The notes beneath the pieces are model-generated. The model saw nothing but the letters and a program-made list of their open reading frames with translations. It did not search any database and was not told where the DNA came from. Below, piece by piece: positions 15,837 through 18,244 of a DNA stretch of 18,244 nt (position 1 is its first letter; each line of letters starts with the position of its first letter). Source of the stretch: Candidatus Hydrogenedentota bacterium (GTDB lineage: Bacteria > Hydrogenedentota > Hydrogenedentia > Hydrogenedentales > GCA-2746185). The stretch lies in contig JAYGCN010000016.1 in assembly GCA_046583315.1 (NCBI GenBank), positions 1-18,244 on the forward strand. The letters are read 5' to 3'. A program made the position numbers and the translations under genes.

Positions 15837-16267
15837 GCCTCACACCTTTCCACATCGCCGTACCCGTGCGGAATATCGCCGAGGCACGCGAGTTCTACGG
15901 AACCAAACTCGGATTCCCTGAAGGCCGAAGTGATTCAAACTGGGTCGACTTCGATTTTTTCGGTCACCAATTCGTGGTGCACCTCGACCCCAGACTGGGA
16001 CCTGACGGACGCGTGCCTCAAATCAGCAACCCCGTCGACGACCATGCCGTCCCCGTCCCCCACTACGGCGTCATCATGCAATTCGACGACTGGAAAGCCT
16101 TCGCCGAAAAAATGCGCGCGGTCATCGGCGAATTCATCATCGAACCCTACATCCGATTCGAAGGTCAACCGGGCGAACAAGGCACCATGTTTTTTCTCGA
16201 CCCCTCGGGAAACGCCCTCGAATTCAAAGGCTTCCGCGACATCGACAAAGAACTCTTCGCAACCTGA
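15833..16267 (+). CDS. VOC (glyoxalase/extradiol dioxygenase superfamily) protein
   Basis: FHIAVPV, AREFYG..LG, DFDFFGHQ, VPHYG and DPSGNALEFK, giving H/H/E metal ligands. ATGA overlap with thiE. Confidence 0.88.
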   Translation: MSLTPFHIAVPVRNIAEAREFYGTKLGFPEGRSDSNWVDFDFFGHQFVVHLDPRLGPDGRVPQISNPVDDHAVPVPHYGVIMQFDDWKAFAEKMRAVIGEFIIEPYIRFEGQPGEQGTMFFLDPSGNALEFKGFRDIDKELFAT

Positions 16268-16268
16268 C

Positions 16269-17237
16269 TCATAGTTCCAGCAAATACCATCTCATCGGCT
16301 TGCGGAATTTCTTCTTGGCTCGTGCGACGCGATAGTCGATATTCTCGGGATATTCCTCCGTCTGCTCAAAGCAGAACCGTTTCGGGAGCGACGAATAGAT
16401 CGAGCGCGGCGGAGCAAAATCAAGATCGATTCCTTTCATACGGCACCCGGTCTCCAAAGTATTGTAAAAAATTCGATGAATCCCCAGTTCACTTTGCAAA
16501 AACCAAATCGTGGCATACAACATCGCTTCGTCCCAGATGCGCTCGTAGGGCGACACACAATGCTCGAGGTACGTAAGCAAGGCGCGCGTCGACCGTACCC
16601 CCTCATACATCGGCCAATTGAATGGGTATCGGCGCTTGATTGTGCTCCATTTTTCGCCGCGATTGGTGCATTGATTGAGCCATTCGAGATGCTGTCGAGA
16701 GTTTCGTAGCCAATCATTCTGAATTTCCTCGATAAGAACTTCTCCGCGCGCCAGATCGATATCCATGCGGGCCCACGCCATCGTGTTACGTCCACGCGAG
16801 TCATTCGGATGCCCCATATAAGTGAACGGACTCCTGCCTTTCACATTCAATAGTTCACGATATCGCGCGTTGTGTTCATTCGAAAAGTTCAGATGCAGCA
16901 CAAGATTGAATCCCGTGCGCGACGTTTGAGTATAGGCATAGCGAGATCGCTCTCCCCAGCGCCCGAGACTCAATACGAATGCCTTGGGATTCAGCGGCCA
17001 AACGGAGTGAAGCTGGTCGGAGGATAGTGTTCCGTCGACGCAGTTGGCCACGGCACGTTGCACCGCATACTTGTTCAGCAATCCGCCATACCTGGATTGC
17101 TTCACCATACGCAGTGGCGTCGGTTCGGAAACGTAGTTCGCCAGTAGCCCCAGCGCATAGCGATCTTTAAAATAGTGAAAGACCGTTCTACCCTCAGGCA
17201 TGCATTGAATAATCTCGTTTACCTCGTGCGCGTTCAT
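16269..17237 (-). CDS. Hypothetical protein (322 aa) with EEIQNDW motif
   Basis: Long ORF filling the gap. Start reassigned to ATG 17237 (GGAG RBS) because the longer ORF begins inside the upstream terminator. No confident family assignment. Confidence 0.75.
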   Translation of the reverse strand: MNAHEVNEIIQCMPEGRTVFHYFKDRYALGLLANYVSEPTPLRMVKQSRYGGLLNKYAVQRAVANCVDGTLSSDQLHSVWPLNPKAFVLSLGRWGERSRYAYTQTSRTGFNLVLHLNFSNEHNARYRELLNVKGRSPFTYMGHPNDSRGRNTMAWARMDIDLARGEVLIEEIQNDWLRNSRQHLEWLNQCTNRGEKWSTIKRRYPFNWPMYEGVRSTRALLTYLEHCVSPYERIWDEAMLYATIWFLQSELGIHRIFYNTLETGCRMKGIDLDFAPPRSIYSSLPKRFCFEQTEEYPENIDYRVARAKKKFRKPMRWYLLEL

Positions 17238-17285
17238 CGTGGTTCTCCATCTCGATGAACACTTATGCATACTTTTTCGTGTGAC

Positions 17286-17322
17286 AAAAAAAGGGTACAC
17301 AGAAATGAATCCGTGTACCCTT
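17286..17322 (-). terminator. Intrinsic terminator of the acyl-CoA ligase gene
   Basis: Minus strand reads AAGGGTACACGGA-TTCATT-TCTGTGTACCC-TTTTTTT, about 22 nt after the stop codon. Confidence 0.85.
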
Positions 17323-17344
17323 GGTAGTGCTTTTGAGTTATCTG

Positions 17345-18244
17345 TTAGGCCTCAGCGCGTTTCGCCTCATCCATCGCGCGTAATTCCTTTTTGAGAATCT
17401 TGCCCGTCGGACCAAGCGGCAGCGCGTCGATGATTTCGATCATGCGCGGATACTTGTAGGCCGCCATCTGATCTTTGCACCAGACCCTCATTTCGTCCAC
17501 GTCCGGCGTGACGCCCTGTTTCGGCACGACGTATGCCTTCACTTCTTCGCCATGCACATCGCTAGGCACGCCAATCACGGCCACCAGCGACACATCCGGG
17601 TGCGTCATCATCACTTCCTCAACCTCACGCGGGTACACGTTAAACCCGCCGCGAATAATCATGTCCTTCACACGGTCTACGATATAAAAATAGCCGTCTT
17701 CATCCATTTTTCCGATATCGCCGGAATGGAACCAGCCGCCCTTGAAGGCTTCGGCATTCGCTTCGTCGCGTTTGTAGTAACCCTTCATGATGTTGTGTCC
17801 CCGAATGACGATTTCGCCCTCTTCGCCAACCGGTTTCTCGTTCATGTCGTCGTCGACCACCTTCACATCTACTCCCCAGATGGGTAGTCCGATGGAGCCG
17901 ATTTTGCGTTCGCGATCCGGGCGGTTGAAGGTCGCGGTGGGCGACGTTTCACTAAGTCCATAGCCCTCAAGAATCTGGACCTTATACTTCTCTTCGAAAC
18001 CTTTCATCACTTCTATAGGCAATGACGCACCACCCGATACACACATCCGCAACGTCGTCGCAATCTTCTCAAGATCAAAGTGGCCTTCTGAATTGTCGTA
18101 GTTCAGCAATTCCCAATACATTGTCGGCACGCCCGCAAAGGTCGTAATGTTTTCTTCCTGCAACGTGCGCAATACGGCGGCCGTATCAAAACGAGGCAGC
18201 AACACCATCGTACCATGTGTCAATAACGTCAGGTCCGTCACGCT
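17345..18244 (-). CDS. Long-chain fatty acid--CoA ligase (AMP-binding), 3' part; start lies beyond the window
   Basis: AGVPTMY, SGGA, EGYGLSETSP, GEIVIRG, GWFHSGD, IVDRVKDMIIRGG.NVYPREVE and TGKILK. Confidence 0.92.
   Translation of the reverse strand, partial: SVTDLTLLTHGTMVLLPRFDTAAVLRTLQEENITTFAGVPTMYWELLNYDNSEGHFDLEKIATTLRMCVSGGASLPIEVMKGFEEKYKVQILEGYGLSETSPTATFNRPDRERKIGSIGLPIWGVDVKVVDDDMNEKPVGEEGEIVIRGHNIMKGYYKRDEANAEAFKGGWFHSGDIGKMDEDGYFYIVDRVKDMIIRGGFNVYPREVEEVMMTHPDVSLVAVIGVPSDVHGEEVKAYVVPKQGVTPDVDEMRVWCKDQMAAYKYPRMIEIIDALPLGPTGKILKKELRAMDEAKRAEA

Noticed and set aside
17238..17300. Longer start for the 343-aa ORF
   Set aside because: The extension begins inside the acyl-CoA ligase terminator, while ATG 17237 has a proper GGAG RBS.

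Overview
Bacterial chromosomal window, moderately GC-rich and gene-dense, with a strong C>G skew on the + strand. Gene content would fit a glycan-degrading, prepilin-rich lineage such as Ca. Hydrogenedentota or PVC relatives, but that assignment is unverified inference. From left to right it contains: the 3' end of rlpA, a GT-C (ArnT/PMT-like) membrane glycosyltransferase and a GT9 glycosyltransferase; a convergent tRNA-Glu(TTC); a Dabb protein; a lower-GC minor-pilin cassette (PilV-like, PilW-like, ~600-aa PilX-like) behind an AT-rich control region; a DUF3568-type lipoprotein; an unexplained ~100-nt structured intergenic element; a dienelactone hydrolase, SAM methyltransferase and sulfatase divergent from a sialate O-acetylesterase; a REP-like hairpin element; a Rid protein and a metallophosphoesterase; short tandem repeats; a coupled thiH-thiS-thiE-VOC operon lacking thiG; a compositionally atypical 322-aa unknown protein; and a partial acyl-CoA ligase. 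No CRISPR array, integrase, transposase or recognisable defence system is visible. The best leads for something new are the candidate ncRNA at 7301-7400, the regulatory architecture around the pilin cassette with its oversized PilX, and the 322-aa EEIQxDW protein. None is proven from sequence alone.
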